Shown here piece by piece: positions 1 through 11,928 of a DNA stretch of 64,000 bases (position 1 is the first letter of the stretch; each line of letters begins with the position of its first letter). Below the pieces are notes generated by a model, which did no database searches, was not told the DNA's origin, and was given only the letters and a program-made list of their open reading frames with translations. The stretch comes from Caecitellus pseudoparvulus (lineage: Eukaryota; Protista; Bigyra: Bicosoecida): contig CBFFRQ010000055.1 in the NCBI GenBank assembly GCA_965644315.1, positions 237,650-301,649 on the forward strand, in the 5' to 3' direction. Position numbers and translations under genes: made by a program.

Positions 1-1141
1 ACTGCTGAAGCCCCCTTCACCCCAACACTTTACAGGGCTGCTGTGGGAGTGCACTCAGGATACCGGCAGTGTTCTGTGGGCCCTCACCCTGCCCTGGCAA
101 GACTCCCTGCAAGCCCTCATCCTGACGGGGCAGGGTGACAGCGCCGAGGGCTGTCAGGTGCTGGGCCTGTGGAACGCCGCGCAGACGCTGGGGGCGCCCC
201 TGGCACACGCGGCCGTCACGCAGGGTGGCGTGTGGGAGGTTCGGCTGGCAGAGACAAAGGCCGGGCCTGCTCCCTCGCCCCCTGCGCCGGCCACGCGCAG
301 TCATTCCCTGCCGGGCACGCCCCAGCTGTCGTCCCTGCCCGTGTTCGGGGGTGGTGCTGCTCACCGCCCCTCCTCGGCCACTGCCACCTCGCCTCCGCGC
401 CGCGCCAAGTCGCAGGGTGGCCTCCTCCTCACACTGCAAGTTCGCGGCGGAGGTCTGGTGGGCGCCCACACACCGCTGTCTGCCTCCGGCACCCCCCTCG
501 CCACACCCACGCCTCACCCACAAGCACTGCCCCTGCTGCGAGAGCAACAGCGCGATCCCGGTCGCCACGCCCTGATTCTGGCGGGGGAGGAGGGCGCCAC
601 ACCGCCCAGCCCCGGCACCCCCTCTGCCGCCTCGCCCCCCCCTGACCACCGCATGCAGCCTGGCGCGGGGCGGACTGGAGGCCGCAGCACGCCACGCTTC
701 TCGGGAACAGGCGCTGCGCCGAGCACCCCCCCCAAGTGCGCCAGGCGCCAGGGGCCCTCCAAAGGCTCCTGGGTGGTGACCTGCACGACACCCCTAGTCG
801 CAGACTACAGTGACGCCGCACAGCGCCTGACCACGGCCATGGCAGCCAAAGGCTTGCTCACCCAAGGTGACTGCCGGGTGCTTGCCTGTGTGGGGGTGGC
901 GCCCCCCATGGGCTTCCTGGCCGCACTGCCCGCTGCACTGCTGGTGCTGCGCAAAGAGCGCGAAATGGCGAGAGCAGGCCCTGCGCAGGCGTGGCGGCGG
1001 CCTGGTTCGACGGCCAGACTGCCAGGTGGGCGGGCACGGCTGGGCGAGGCGGCTGGGCGTGGTGCGAGTGTGGCTGCGGAGCAGGGGGGTGCGCGGCAAC
1101 ACAGCCTGCCCGGCGCAGTGGAGGCGAGCCCCCCAAAATGA
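1..1141 (+). CDS. 3' part of an unknown, Pro/Ser-rich protein (probably truncated at the window start and spliced)
   Basis: ORF 158..1141 has coding-like composition and ends just before the next gene's ATG. No recognisable domain. Confidence 0.35.
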   Translation, partial: LLKPPSPQHFTGLLWECTQDTGSVLWALTLPWQDSLQALILTGQGDSAEGCQVLGLWNAAQTLGAPLAHAAVTQGGVWEVRLAETKAGPAPSPPAPATRSHSLPGTPQLSSLPVFGGGAAHRPSSATATSPPRRAKSQGGLLLTLQVRGGGLVGAHTPLSASGTPLATPTPHPQALPLLREQQRDPGRHALILAGEEGATPPSPGTPSAASPPPDHRMQPGAGRTGGRSTPRFSGTGAAPSTPPKCARRQGPSKGSWVVTCTTPLVADYSDAAQRLTTAMAAKGLLTQGDCRVLACVGVAPPMGFLAALPAALLVLRKEREMARAGPAQAWRRPGSTARLPGGRARLGEAAGRGASVAAEQGGARQHSLPGAVEASPPK

Positions 1142-1211
1142 ACCTCCCACCCCCCCTTCGCACGCTCGCGCCGTGGGCACACGGGCTCGATCTGTGTATA
1201 GCCACGGTGGC

Positions 1212-3117
1212 ATGCAGGGGGCCACTGCACCCCGTGTGGGCGACGGCCCGGCAGCCCCGGCGCAACCAGGACCAAGTGCTCCCCGGCAGGCAAGCTCGGC
1301 TGCTTCACCACAGCAGGCGCAGGCGGCGCAAGGAGCAGCAGAAGGCACCAAGCCCCCGCTGACTGTCAGCAGCCCGGGATTGAATTTCGTCCTGTTCAAG
1401 GTACCGACCCTCAGGACGCAAGCAACCGCCATCAACAGCACGAATGGTGCGCAGACCAGGCTGCCAATTACCGCAGGGCAGTTGCCTACTCTGGGACTCC
1501 TCGCTGTCAAGCAAGCGCCGGCCCTGCCCTGCACCCCACAGAATTATTTTGGGACATTATCTTTGCTTTCTCCATGGGGGCCGTGCGGGCGGAAGTCAGC
1601 TCATCCTTGCTGTCGTGCGACCCTCACTTGCAAGGTTCGTGAAGGCAGCGAAGTGTGCAGGTCACCTGCTGGCCGTCCAATCCACTGCGGCGTGCGGCAC
1701 CCCCCTCGCAGAGTGCAACTTTGGCGTGAACATGCTGGGCTCTTTCATCATCTTCTTCACGTTCTTCTGGAATGCCCACCTCATGGTCGTGTACTCCAAC
1801 CGCTTCACAACAGGTGACTGGCACCCAGCTGCACAGCTGCATGTCTGCGCCAAGGCCAGCACCGGCCCCCCCCGCCTTGCAGAGGAATTCGGCCACAACA
1901 TCTGGATGTACGCTTCCATGGGGTGCATGTCCCTCATGGCTGTTTCGTCTGTGGACTGCATCGGGTCCGCCACGCACTGCGCCAGCATCATGTCTTCCGG
2001 CCTGCGCGGAACGGCATCATTCGGCGTCTTCGCCTTGGCTGCCGCCGTCACCAACGCCCTGACAGGCCTGCAGTTCATGCGCACGGTGTACATGAAACGC
2101 GTTCGCATGTACAGTGCACTGTACGGTGGCGGGTGTCTCGTTGCAGCGGTGGCCTGGACGCTGGGCGCGGTGTTCGCAACCACGGCAACGCAGCACCTCC
2201 TCGTGGCGGGCTGCATCAGCATCTGGCACATCGCGGTGGATGCGGCGACGCGCCTGCCCAGCGTCGAGCTGCCCACTCGCCTGCCTGAGCACAAAGCCTC
2301 TCGCTTCCGCAAGTTTGGGGTGGTTATGCTGACGCAGCTGCTGATGGGCGTGCTGTCGCCAGGCGCCGCATACAACACACGTGGCTACGTTTTTGCGGCG
2401 GGCGTGTTGGCTCTGACCATGCTGCACAAGACAGTGCACTATGACTTCAATCAGGGGCACAAGGCAGACGGCTGGAGTGGCGTGCCGCGCATTTCCGAGT
2501 GGCTGTACGTCATGATGAACCTGGTTCTCGCTGGCACCTTCACAGCGCTCGGCGCCGTCGTGCATGCCATCATCACCGACGTCACCAACCCTGCCATCGC
2601 CATTTCACCAGCCCGAGCACTGCGTGTCAAGTGGATGCTCTGCTCTGCCATGGCCCTGGCCCTCTTCGCCAGCATCGCCATCCAGACCCTCCTGCGCGGG
2701 AAGGGCAAGCGCGTGCGCCGCTGCGGCAAGAAAGTCCGCATGTCCTTCCGCACGCTCCTGGCACTGGTCACCCTGCTCGCGCCTGTGTACTTACCGGAAA
2801 CCTTCCCTTCCGAACATGTCATTTGGATCCTGGTGGCCGTCGTGGCGGTGGAGCTGGTGGGGGACATCATTGGGAAGCAGCAAGTGAACCCCGCCGAGGG
2901 CGCGGGGGGTGTCATCCCCCACCTGGACGTGTACTCCGAGGCAGTTGGGCTGGAGGACGCCGCAGCAGGGCGCCGCAAGACCAAGGCAGCCGCGACTTTC
3001 CAAGCAGCCATGTGGCGCGTCGTGTCGGAAGGTGGGGGCAAGGGCACAGCGGACGACCCTTCCATCCAAGCTCCGCTGTTGGGGCGTGCGCCTTCCCAGC
3101 CGGAGACACAAGGGTGA
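1212..3117 (+). CDS. LtrA (low temperature requirement A)-like multi-pass membrane protein, spliced
   Basis: Splicing 1447-1541 (GTGCGC..CAG) gives TNELFWDIIF, like the LtrA 'ELFFDLVF' motif. Also FWNAHLMVVYSNRF and HKASRFRKFGVVMLTQ (like HLAERFGLFTIIVLGE), plus many TM helices in ORF 1444..3117. Confidence 0.7.
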
Positions 3118-3185
3118 TTGCATTGCAACGCTGCAGAGAAACAGAGGCACACATGCGCGCACACAGGAAGGCGTGAGGGTGCACC

Positions 3186-4461
3186 TTACAGCGTGCTGCA
3201 CAACGGCATGACGTAGCCCAACACGGCGTCAATGGCTGCGAGGGGGGGGGGGGGCAGTATCTGTGCGCTTTCTGCCTGCTGCCTCCCAGCGGCACTGCCT
3301 CACCGTCAATGGCGGCCTCCTCGATCTCCGTCGCGTTTCCACCGGCGATGAGGGCCTTGGCAATGGCGATGGGCAGGCCGGCGCACAGGTCGCGGATTTT
3401 CTGCGCACGCCGAAACACGGACAGTGCATGGCCGCGCGCCGCGCCGCACCCCTGCGCCCATACCTTCGTGCAAGTCTTGGCAGAGGTGCAGCAAAGTGCG
3501 CCCCCGTCGACATCGTGGCCGGGTACACCAGAGCAAGCCTCCCAGCACACCGGCCCCACGCCATAGTAGCCGTCAGGGCAGAAGGGGTAGCAGAGCCCCG
3601 CATCGTACTGCTCGTCCAGCTTGCACTGCAGGGGCTTGCCCACGCCCCGACCTGGCAAGTGGGGGCAGAATGGGGGGCGGGTGGGGTGCTGCGAGCGGGC
3701 AGTCCTCCCCTCGGCAGGGGCACCGCACCGTATGACTTCTTTGCGATGGTTTTGATGTGGCCAGCCTCACGGCAGAGAGCACCCTCATCAATCCACTGCG
3801 GGGCGGACAGGAGCACGCGTGATGCCCTGTGCGCGCGCAAATGCACAGCGGCACACGCACGCCAGGCGGGCAGTTCTCCCAGCAAACAGGCCCAACTGCG
3901 AGGTGTGCGAGAGTTGCAGGTGCACTGCAGCGTGCGGGAAATTGACCCGCAGGGGGCAGCCGTACCTCCCGTGTAGTTCGTGGCACACTCCGGATAGCAC
4001 AGCCAGCCGGACTTCACAAGTGGAGGCTGCGAGGGGCAGTGAGCGTGTGACGTGCCGAGGCTGGTGGCGCGCATCGGCGTGGCAGCTTGGCGCTGTGCGG
4101 GAATTGGTGCTGGAGCATCGCAGCAAATTATCCGACAGGCAGTCGCAGACGAGGAAGCCCCCTACCAGCCCTGCCCTGGCTGCAAGTAGTTTAAAGGGCA
4201 CAGAACAGACCCGGCCTGCACCTTGCGCTCGCCAGCGCTGCCGCATTCGGGCTGCAGTACCCGCGGCAAGCGCAGGTGAGTGAAACGCACATGGCATGTA
4301 GAAATGGGCTTCCCGACGCCACGGTCGTGCGTGCCCTTCCAGCAGACGTCCGTAACCGACGTGCTTGTGGCTGGGATCTGTCCTTGGGGGCGCAGGTAGT
4401 GCGCAACAGCGCCTGTGGCAGCCAGTGCCACAGTTGCTGCTACCAGCGACAGTGTGCGCAT
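3186..4461 (-). CDS. Secreted cysteine-rich repeat protein (RGVGKP-C-x8-LCYPxC-GVGPVCW repeats), several introns
   Basis: Signal peptide MRTLSLVAATVALAATGAVA. Two repeats rebuilt across ORFs 4162..4461, 3229..4074, 3573..3986 and 2912..3658. First intron 4027-4290; TAA at 3186-3188. Confidence 0.8.
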
Positions 4462-4827
4462 GTTGAGAGGCGGCGGTGAGAGGCGGGGGGGCGAGGGGGG
4501 TACGCAGGGGCTCCAAGTGATCCTCTGAGTTGGTTATTGTGAGCTGTGATTTTTGTTTGGGAGGGAGCGAGGATGCCGGCACGGGGAAGTCGCCCACGGA
4601 CCTGAAACAAGAGAGACGCCGAATCAATCGGGCGTTGCTCCCAGCAGGCGCTTGCATTGGCAGCGCGAGGGCAAATCAAAACATCACAATACTATCACCT
4701 GCCTTGCACAGCTCTTGCTGTGCGCCTTTTGCTGCGGTTCGCCTTGGTGCAGAGGCTGGGGCGTGGTGGCCAAGCAGGCGGGGCGCGGAAATTGCACAAC
4801 GCTGCCAACGCGCACAGTTGCCTCGGC

Positions 4828-5474
4828 ATGGCATCTGTGCAGGTTAGCAGGCAGACCCTGGTGGAGTACCAGGAGGTGTTTTCTTTCTTCAGCCAGGAGG
4901 CACGCACAGAGAAGGAGGACGCCAAGATCACGACGGAGGAGTTCACAACCGTGAGTGCCGCTGGCCTGCACCTGGCAAGTGCAAGAGCAGGGCACGCACC
5001 CCCCCCATCCCACGAGGCGCGCAGATCGTGAGGTCACTGGGCTTCGCCCCCACAGCCAAGGAGCTGCAGTCCTACTGTGCAGTGATCGACGACACGTATG
5101 GCGGGTTCCTGTCTTTCGACAACTTCACCATCGTCATGGTGACGCTGGTGGTGCCGCAGCAGTCCGCCAAGCCCGACCCCTCCCCAGCCATCCGGAAGGC
5201 CTTCAAGCACTTCGGCGAGGTGTGCCGGGAGGGCGACAACGGCACCGTGAGCATGAAGGACCTGGAGCACCTCATGACGCAGCGGGGTGAGCGCCTGAAC
5301 GAGGCGGAGTTTCGCCACATGCAACGCGCCTCCAAACCCACCTACGGCAAGGTGCAGTATGAGCGCCTCTTGCAGGCCCTGTCCTCCGAAGCGGCCACGG
5401 CAGGTGTGCCTGCCAGCGCCGGGTCGCCACAGGCCAGGCCTGGGCGAGGGGGGGCCTCGGGCACGCTGGGTTGA
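4828..5474 (+). CDS. Calmodulin-like / myosin light chain-like EF-hand protein
   Basis: EYQEVFSFF..KITTEEFTT|IVRSLGFAPTAKEL..GFLSFDNF..IRKAFKHF..NGTVSMKDLEHLMTQRGERLNEAE..GKVQYE. Intron 4951-5024 (GTGAGT..GCAG). Confidence 0.85.
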
Positions 5475-5476
5475 GT

Positions 5477-5486
5477 CAATGCATTG
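5477..5486. promoter_or_regulatory. Palindromic CAATGCATTG between convergent stop codons; candidate bidirectional 3'-end signal
   Basis: Gives AATGCA on both strands in the 57-bp gap between stops at 5474 (+) and 5532 (-). The same hexamer follows many other stops. Confidence 0.5.
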
Positions 5487-5531
5487 TGCTGCGTTTCAAG
5501 GGTTGCACGCGGCCGTGTGAGCGGTGTGCAC

Positions 5532-8500
5532 TCACGCCGGCGTGGTGAGGGCCTCTGTGGGGTCCATGCTGCCAGCGTACTCCAGTGCCGCCTCGAACAT
5601 GGTCAGGTAGTAGCCGCCTTCGCCCTGCAGCATGAGCGGGTCGCACAGCGACCACAGCAGCTCCTTGAGCAGCAGCGGCCGCGACAGCTGCGCGCGCACG
5701 ACGACAAAGGTGTAGATGGGGAAGAAGTCATCTGCCCCCAGCGGTGCAGGTGGGGGCAGCTCCAGCTCCTCCAGCAGCTGGGCGGGGACGGCACCCCCCC
5801 GTCCCCGCCCCACGTCCAAGCCAAGGGTGTGGCGCAGGATGGCAGCCTGGTGGGGGTGGTCACGCAAGTGCTCGGCAATTGCCTTCTGCTGCTGCGTCGC
5901 GGCATAGGCCGCGTAGATGGCCCGTGCCGCCGCCAGCAGCGCGCGCAGCTTGTCGGACGGCAGGTCGCAGCAGCCGACCTCCTGCAGCTCCAACACCGCC
6001 GGCGCCCAGCTGTCTGGCGCTCGCAGGTGCGTGGGAATGCCGAAGGCTGCTTGGGGCGCCCGCCGCAACGCCGACAGCTGGGCCGTCAGGCGTGCCTCTG
6101 CAGCGGAGTTCACTGCGCAGTCCAGGCAGGCAGTGAGGGCGGGGGCCAGGGGCATGTACACCGCCACCTCCACCTCCCGCATGACGATGGAAGACACGGT
6201 GTCCAGGACAGCGGGGCCGTCGGGAGCGGCGTCGTCGGGTGTGCCGCTGTCCCCGACGCCTTCGTTGTCCGCGTAATACGGCAGCGCCACCTGCAGCTGC
6301 GACAGCTCCGCCTCCCGCACGCGCAACACATGATCGTGCAACCCGTCCATGAAACGCCGCACGGCCTCCAGAGCACTGTCTTCCCCCAGGTCTGCACGCG
6401 GGGCTGCAGGGGCGGCTGGTGGTGGGCCCACCTCCCCCTCCGCCAACCCCACCGCATCCCCTAGCCCCTCCGCCTCCGCCTCTGCTGGCTCTGACGCTGG
6501 CTGTTGCGGCTGCTGCTGCTGCGACTGGGGTGGGGAAGGGGGCTGTGGGGTGCCCTCGCCACCCCCCCCCTCCACAGGCGCCGAGGGGGGGGGTGGCGTC
6601 CCCGGCTCGTCTGAGGCTGCACCCCCCTCCTCCTCCTCCGCTTCGCCCCCCCCTTGCTCCGGCCAGCTCTCTAACACCGCGTCCAGCTGCTGTGCAAAGT
6701 CATCTGCCGCGGCGGGAGGGGTGTCAGGGGGGGGTGCCGACCCCCCTAGGGCCAGACTTGCGCGCCGGGCAATTTGCGGCGTTCCCGGCGACGGCGACGC
6801 GAGCAGCTCACGCCACGTGGTGCGACTCAGCGTGCGGTGGGCCCATGCCGGCGCATCCTTGAGCATGACCCTGGGCCCACCCTTGCCCTTTGCGGGGGGG
6901 CTGCAGAACATAGTGGCGGAACGCTGGGTGCGGCCGTGAGGGGGGGCGCCCCCCCCCTCCTCCTCCTCCGCCGCAGCCAGGGTGAGAGGGGGTGGGCCTG
7001 CCTGCGGGGGGGGGCTTGCAAAGGAGCCGCTGCGCCGGGGTGGGCCCACCTCCGGGCTGCTGGGCGATAGGGACCCCCGCTGCATGCGCACGACGGCGAG
7101 GACGCGGGTGCGAGCACGGGACCATGCGGCGGTGGTGGGCCCACCCTCCGCACGGGGGGTGGGCGCACCGCTCTCGCCCTGGCGCACCAGGCCCTCCAGG
7201 AACGCCACGTCGTCCCCCCCCTCCTGCTCCGGCGAGGGGGGGTCCGACGAGCCTGGCGAGGCCGGCGACCCCCCCACCAGCGTGCGTGCCCGGACACGGG
7301 GTGTGTCAAGTGAGACGGGTGTGGGGATGGGGGCTGGGGCTGGGGCCAGGCTGCCTGTGCTGCCGAGGGCCCCTTCCGGTGAGGGCGACCCCCCCTCGCT
7401 GGAGCTGCTGGAGGGGCTGGAGGCACCCACGGTGGCGTCGGCCACTGAACCCCCCTCCTCCTCGCGAATGGTGCCGGTGCGCTGGGTGGTGATGAGGCTG
7501 GCCAGGGAGGGTGGTGTGGGGGGGTCTGAGGGGGGGGCGCCAGCGCCCTCACCTGACCGACCCTCAGCACGCCCCCCCCCCTCCACCAGGCAGCCAGGCG
7601 ACCGAACAGCCCCCCCCCACGCCGCATGCGAGCATTGCCCATATCCACACTCATCGCCCGTCGACGCCGTCGAGGCGCACCTGCCGCTGTGCCGTTTGCA
7701 GCGCTGCTGTCGGCAGCTGGCGTTGCGGAACTTGACTCGCCCTCTGCGATGGCGCCCTGCAACGCACCACCCTCGCCGCACACGCCCTCCTCCACAAGCC
7801 CGCTGTCAGCATGCATGCGCACATCGTCTGACAACACCCTGAGCCCAACGCCAGCTCTGGACGTGGGCTGGGTTGAGTCGGCGCGCCCAAGCGGCGTGCC
7901 CAGCACCACGCCGCGTTGCACAGAGTACAGCGTGGAAGGGGCGTTGCCGAGAGACCCCTGCCCCCCCACGAAGCGCACCTGCCCCCCATACAACGAATCC
8001 ATCGTCAACAGGCGATCTGAGGTCAGTGCATCCATGGTCGCGCCGCGGTGTCGCTCTTTCTTTGCACCGTGGCGCGCCTGCAAAACGCGCCCAGGTTGAA
8101 ACGCCGGCACGCGCGGCACGCTTGCGCCCCCCTCCCCGCCACCGCACCCCACCAACGCTCCCAGCGTGTCTTCCAACAGCTCAGGGAACTTACTGGTGAT
8201 GAACCGAGCCCGGGCCCTGCCCTCCTTGCTGCCCGTCGAATACAGCCACCCCTGCACCGCCAGGGCTATGCGCTGTGACTCTGACTGCCCCGTCAGCGCC
8301 GCTAGCTTGGCCGCGCGGTCGCCCACGGAGGCACGCCTGCCCCGGTGAGACCGCCTGAAGTGGCTGCCCCGGCGCCCACGGCCTGCCTCTGAGCTGCTGC
8401 GAGCTCTGGACGCCCGTGTGCCCTGCCCCGACGCTGCGGCAGCGACAGCGCTGCCTGAACGAGCCCGAACATGGACCCCATTTGCACTTGTTGCAGAGTG

Positions 8501-9205
8501 CGTTGTGGGCGGCTGCTGAGGCGCCCCCAGCTGCCCTGTGGCGCTGAGGAGCGGCGGGGGCGGCAGCTGCGTTTCGGGCGAAACGCTGGTCGCTCCAGCG
8601 GCCAGCCCGTTTGCCTGTAGCAGCTGCTGCTGGAACTTGCGGGCGACGTCAAAGGTCACCCGCTTCTTGCGAAGTGCCCGCAGAACAGCACAGCGGTGGT
8701 TCACCTCCATGGCCACGTGTGCGGCAGTGGTTGCTGACTTCTGCGTGCGCGTGCAGCGAGGTGTGGCAGCAGCGCCCGCCACAAGCCACCGCAGCGCCGC
8801 ACTCACCATGATGTACACAAAAGCATGGTCCGTGCTGTACGTGATTCGCAGGGTGACCGGGTCATCCAGCGTCGCTGACGTCACCTCGTTGTAGTGGAAG
8901 GACTTGGTCACCTCGCCGCCTGGCCGGCAGTTCAGAATGCGCGTGGTGCGCAGACCCAGCATCCTGCGTTGCTTGCGCCCCCGCCGGTTGACCTTCAAGC
9001 ACTCATAGTTGGCGTCTGGCAGGCACCGCAGGAAGTGCTCCGCCTCAGCGATGTCTTCCAGCACGGCGCTCTTGCCCTCCCGCAGCAGCGTCGCGACGAT
9101 ATGGTCAGCGCCTGCGTCGGCGGTGAACAGACTGGCCTCGTGGATGCTGCTGGCCCGCCGCCCAGAGCGGGAGCGGGGACGGGGAGGTGGGGGTGGCGCC
9201 GCCAT
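5532..9205 (-). CDS. VPS9-domain Rab5-family GEF with N-terminal PH-like domain and long low-complexity linker (spliced)
   Basis: C-terminal PSDKLRALL, LGADDFFPIYTFVVVRA and GEGGYYLTMFEAALEY are VPS9 hallmarks. N-terminal YECLKVNRRGRKQRRMLGL looks PH-like. ORFs 6827..9280 and 5532..7781 are presumed joined by splicing. Confidence 0.85.
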
Positions 9206-9522
9206 GCTGCCTCGCGCCTGCCGTCGCCTGCTCGCAGTCGGCTGGGGGGTGGCACGAGGCGGTTTGAATTTGACGTGCACGGGTCATGTGCTCTGCCGCA
9301 GGCGCCCGTCTCCCCACCCCTTTCAACAGGGGTGTCCAGGTGATAGAAATGCATTGTAGTGGTTTCCTTCAATGCTTTGCACGGTGCTTGTCTGGGCCTT
9401 GGTTGTCCTCCTGCAGTGCGATGGTGCATGCAGCACAGTTGCCGACCAGCGCAACAAACCACTGACCGGCCACACCCTGGCACACACGCCCGGGACACAG
9501 CAGGCAGAGGGAGCACCGTGCC

Positions 9523-11680
9523 ATGGAAGGCCTTGCGCACGCGACAGGGGATCATGGCGAGCATCCTCTGCCGCGCGCCGCGCAGGAGGGAGAGACAGCT
9601 CGTGCGTTGGCGGGAGCGCCGGTGCTGGGAGCCAGGGAATCCGTGTGGGCCGCCTGCAAGCGGCAGCACAGACTGCCTGGCATGGCTTGCTCTGTCCCTG
9701 CCTGGGGCATCATGACGGCCGTGTACTTGCAGGCCATGCTGACATCCTTGGTGATTTTCGGCTTTGCTGCGCTGGAGCCCATTCTGCTGGAACGAGGCCT
9801 GTACCACAGCAGGTGCCCGCCTGGCACGGCTGAGGAGGCCACTTGCCCGGCCCAGCTCGAGGCGGTGAATTTGCTGTTTGTGGTGAACTCCTCCGTTACA
9901 CTTGTCGCGGGTTTGATTGTGAATGGTGTGTACAGGCGGTGCTTGCCTGCGGGCAGGCTCGTGCGGAAATTGCATGCGTGAAAGCTCAGCTGTGTGCCTT
10001 TCACGCGCCCTACCGCTCGCCCTGGGCATGCACAGGCTGGATTATGGATCTGTATGGCATCAAAATTGCGTCCATTGTGGCCAATGTGTTCATGGTTGTT
10101 TCCTTCAGCATTCTGGCCGCCACGGCAGGTGGCTCCATCGGTACGAGCAGCATGCACGGACGCCTCGCTTCCGGGCCTTGCACCGCACCCCCACCTCCTT
10201 GCACCACGCTTGCTCAGGTGAAGAGGGCTGGTTAGTGGGCTTCACGCTGTTCGGTGCCGCTATCGGGCAGCTGGACTGTCTCTTCCACTTCGCCAACCTG
10301 TTCCCCGGCAACGAATCCCTCATCATCGGCAGCATCTCGGGGTTCAGTGACTCCTCCGCCCTCGTCTTCCTCATCTTCGCCACCCTCGTGCGGGCGGGCG
10401 TGGACCTGTCCCATGTCTTCATCGGCTACATCTGCACTGCCCTGCTGGCCAACCTCCTCTTCGCGGTGTTCTTGTGGCCTTGGTGGCCGGTGCCCGACAC
10501 ATCCACTGCCGAAGCCCTGCAAGACACCCCGGGAGCCTGTGCGGCAGGTGACCTGCCGCAGCGTGTGGGGGCAGAAGGAGAGCAGTTGGGCGGAGAGGAG
10601 GAGGGCACGCCCCCTGCAAACTCGGCCACGGCGGTGCCACTGCCAGACTCCGAGCACTCTGGGGCTGACGCAGCAGAACAAGGAACAGCGCCTTCGCCTG
10701 AACCTGCAGCATCGCAGTGGCCCCTGGCCGCCCTGCCGATCCGGCAGCAACTGTGCACGCCTCTCTTTCTGGCATGGCTGGTGTACTGCGCCACGAGCCT
10801 GCTGCGTTTCAACTTCTACATCGCCGCGTTGAACGAGCACCTGTCGTTTTTGGGGGACTCCAGCGGTGTGTACAGCGAAGTGTTCGGGGGACTGGCCTCT
10901 GCAGGGCTGGTGTTCGTGCTGGCTGTGGGACAGATCATGGACCGCCTGGGCCTGCACTCGGCTGTGCTGCTGGCCACCATCGTGGGCTGTGCCCTGTCCG
11001 CCATCACCCTCATCCCCAGCCTGCCCCTGCAGGTACTGGGCTTCCTCCTGGCGGTCCTGTACAGGGGCTTCGTCTTCACCCTGTACGCTGCCGTGCTCAT
11101 TCCCGAGTTTGGCGTCGGCGCGTATGGGCGCCTGTCAGGGGTGGTGGCGGTGGTGGCGGGTGGCCTGAGCTTCGTGCAGCAGCCGCTGGTGGAGATGTCC
11201 CTGCGCCACTTCGACGGCGACTTCACCGTCAGCAACAGCATCATGGCCGTCATCACCGCCTCCCACTTTGCCTTTGCCTGGTACTACTGGCGCCACAGGC
11301 AGGCTGCCGGGCTGGACGGGACGCACCCACTCTTCCTCGTGAGTTGCTTGCCATGTCGTGGCAAAGGTGGTGCTGAGCTCAGTGAAGAGGGCAGTGGCCG
11401 TAGCGAGTCTGAGGATGTGGAGGAGGAGGCTGTGTCTGATGGAGTGTCGGAGGATGTGTCGGAGGAGGAGGAGGATGAGGCTGTATCCGATGGCACGGAA
11501 GACGATGACGAGGAAGATGTGGTGCAGGTGGCTGGCGTGGAGGTGCAGGCATTGGAGGAGCATCCGCAGGTCGTGAGCACCGCATCAGGCGAGGAGCGAG
11601 GTGCTGACTCTGCCCCAGAGCCCACCTCGCCCCCAGCAGAAGCAGGGCCCCAAGAAGAGACCCTCAGCGAAGGCTCATGA
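9523..11680 (+). CDS. MFS transporter, SLC43/LAT3-FMP42-like
   Basis: SLVIFGFAALEPILLERGLY..C..QLEAVNLLF..GWIMDLYG, FHFANLFP..ISGFSDSSALVF, LLRFNFYIA, GQIMDRLG, EFGVGAYGRLSG. About 12 TM helices and an acidic tail. Confidence 0.85.
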
Positions 11681-11928
11681 AGATTCTAGGATGACTCTTT
11701 CAGTCAGGCACCGTAGCAGCCCACCCAAGTCTTAACTAGAGCCACCAGGGCTGGTGTGCGCGGGGAAGCGCGGGTGACCGAAACCACTCCAACGCAGCAT
11801 TCCGCCGCTCAAGGCAGTCCACAATGCATGTTAAGTTCCAGCGACAGGGATGCAGGCAGGCACATTTTTTATGTCTTTCCATCCCTCTGCCGCCCCCCGG
11901 CTCCTTCTGTGGAAGTGTTGCCGCCCAA

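Noticed and set aside
3242-3255. Poly-G run as a functional G-quadruplex
   Set aside because: It is the poly-C pyrimidine tract of a minus-strand intron, and such runs are common here.
4110-4145. CCTGTCGGATAAT..GCG resembling the 3' half of a TPP riboswitch in an intron
   Set aside because: The essential CUGAGA element is missing and the host gene is unrelated to thiamine.
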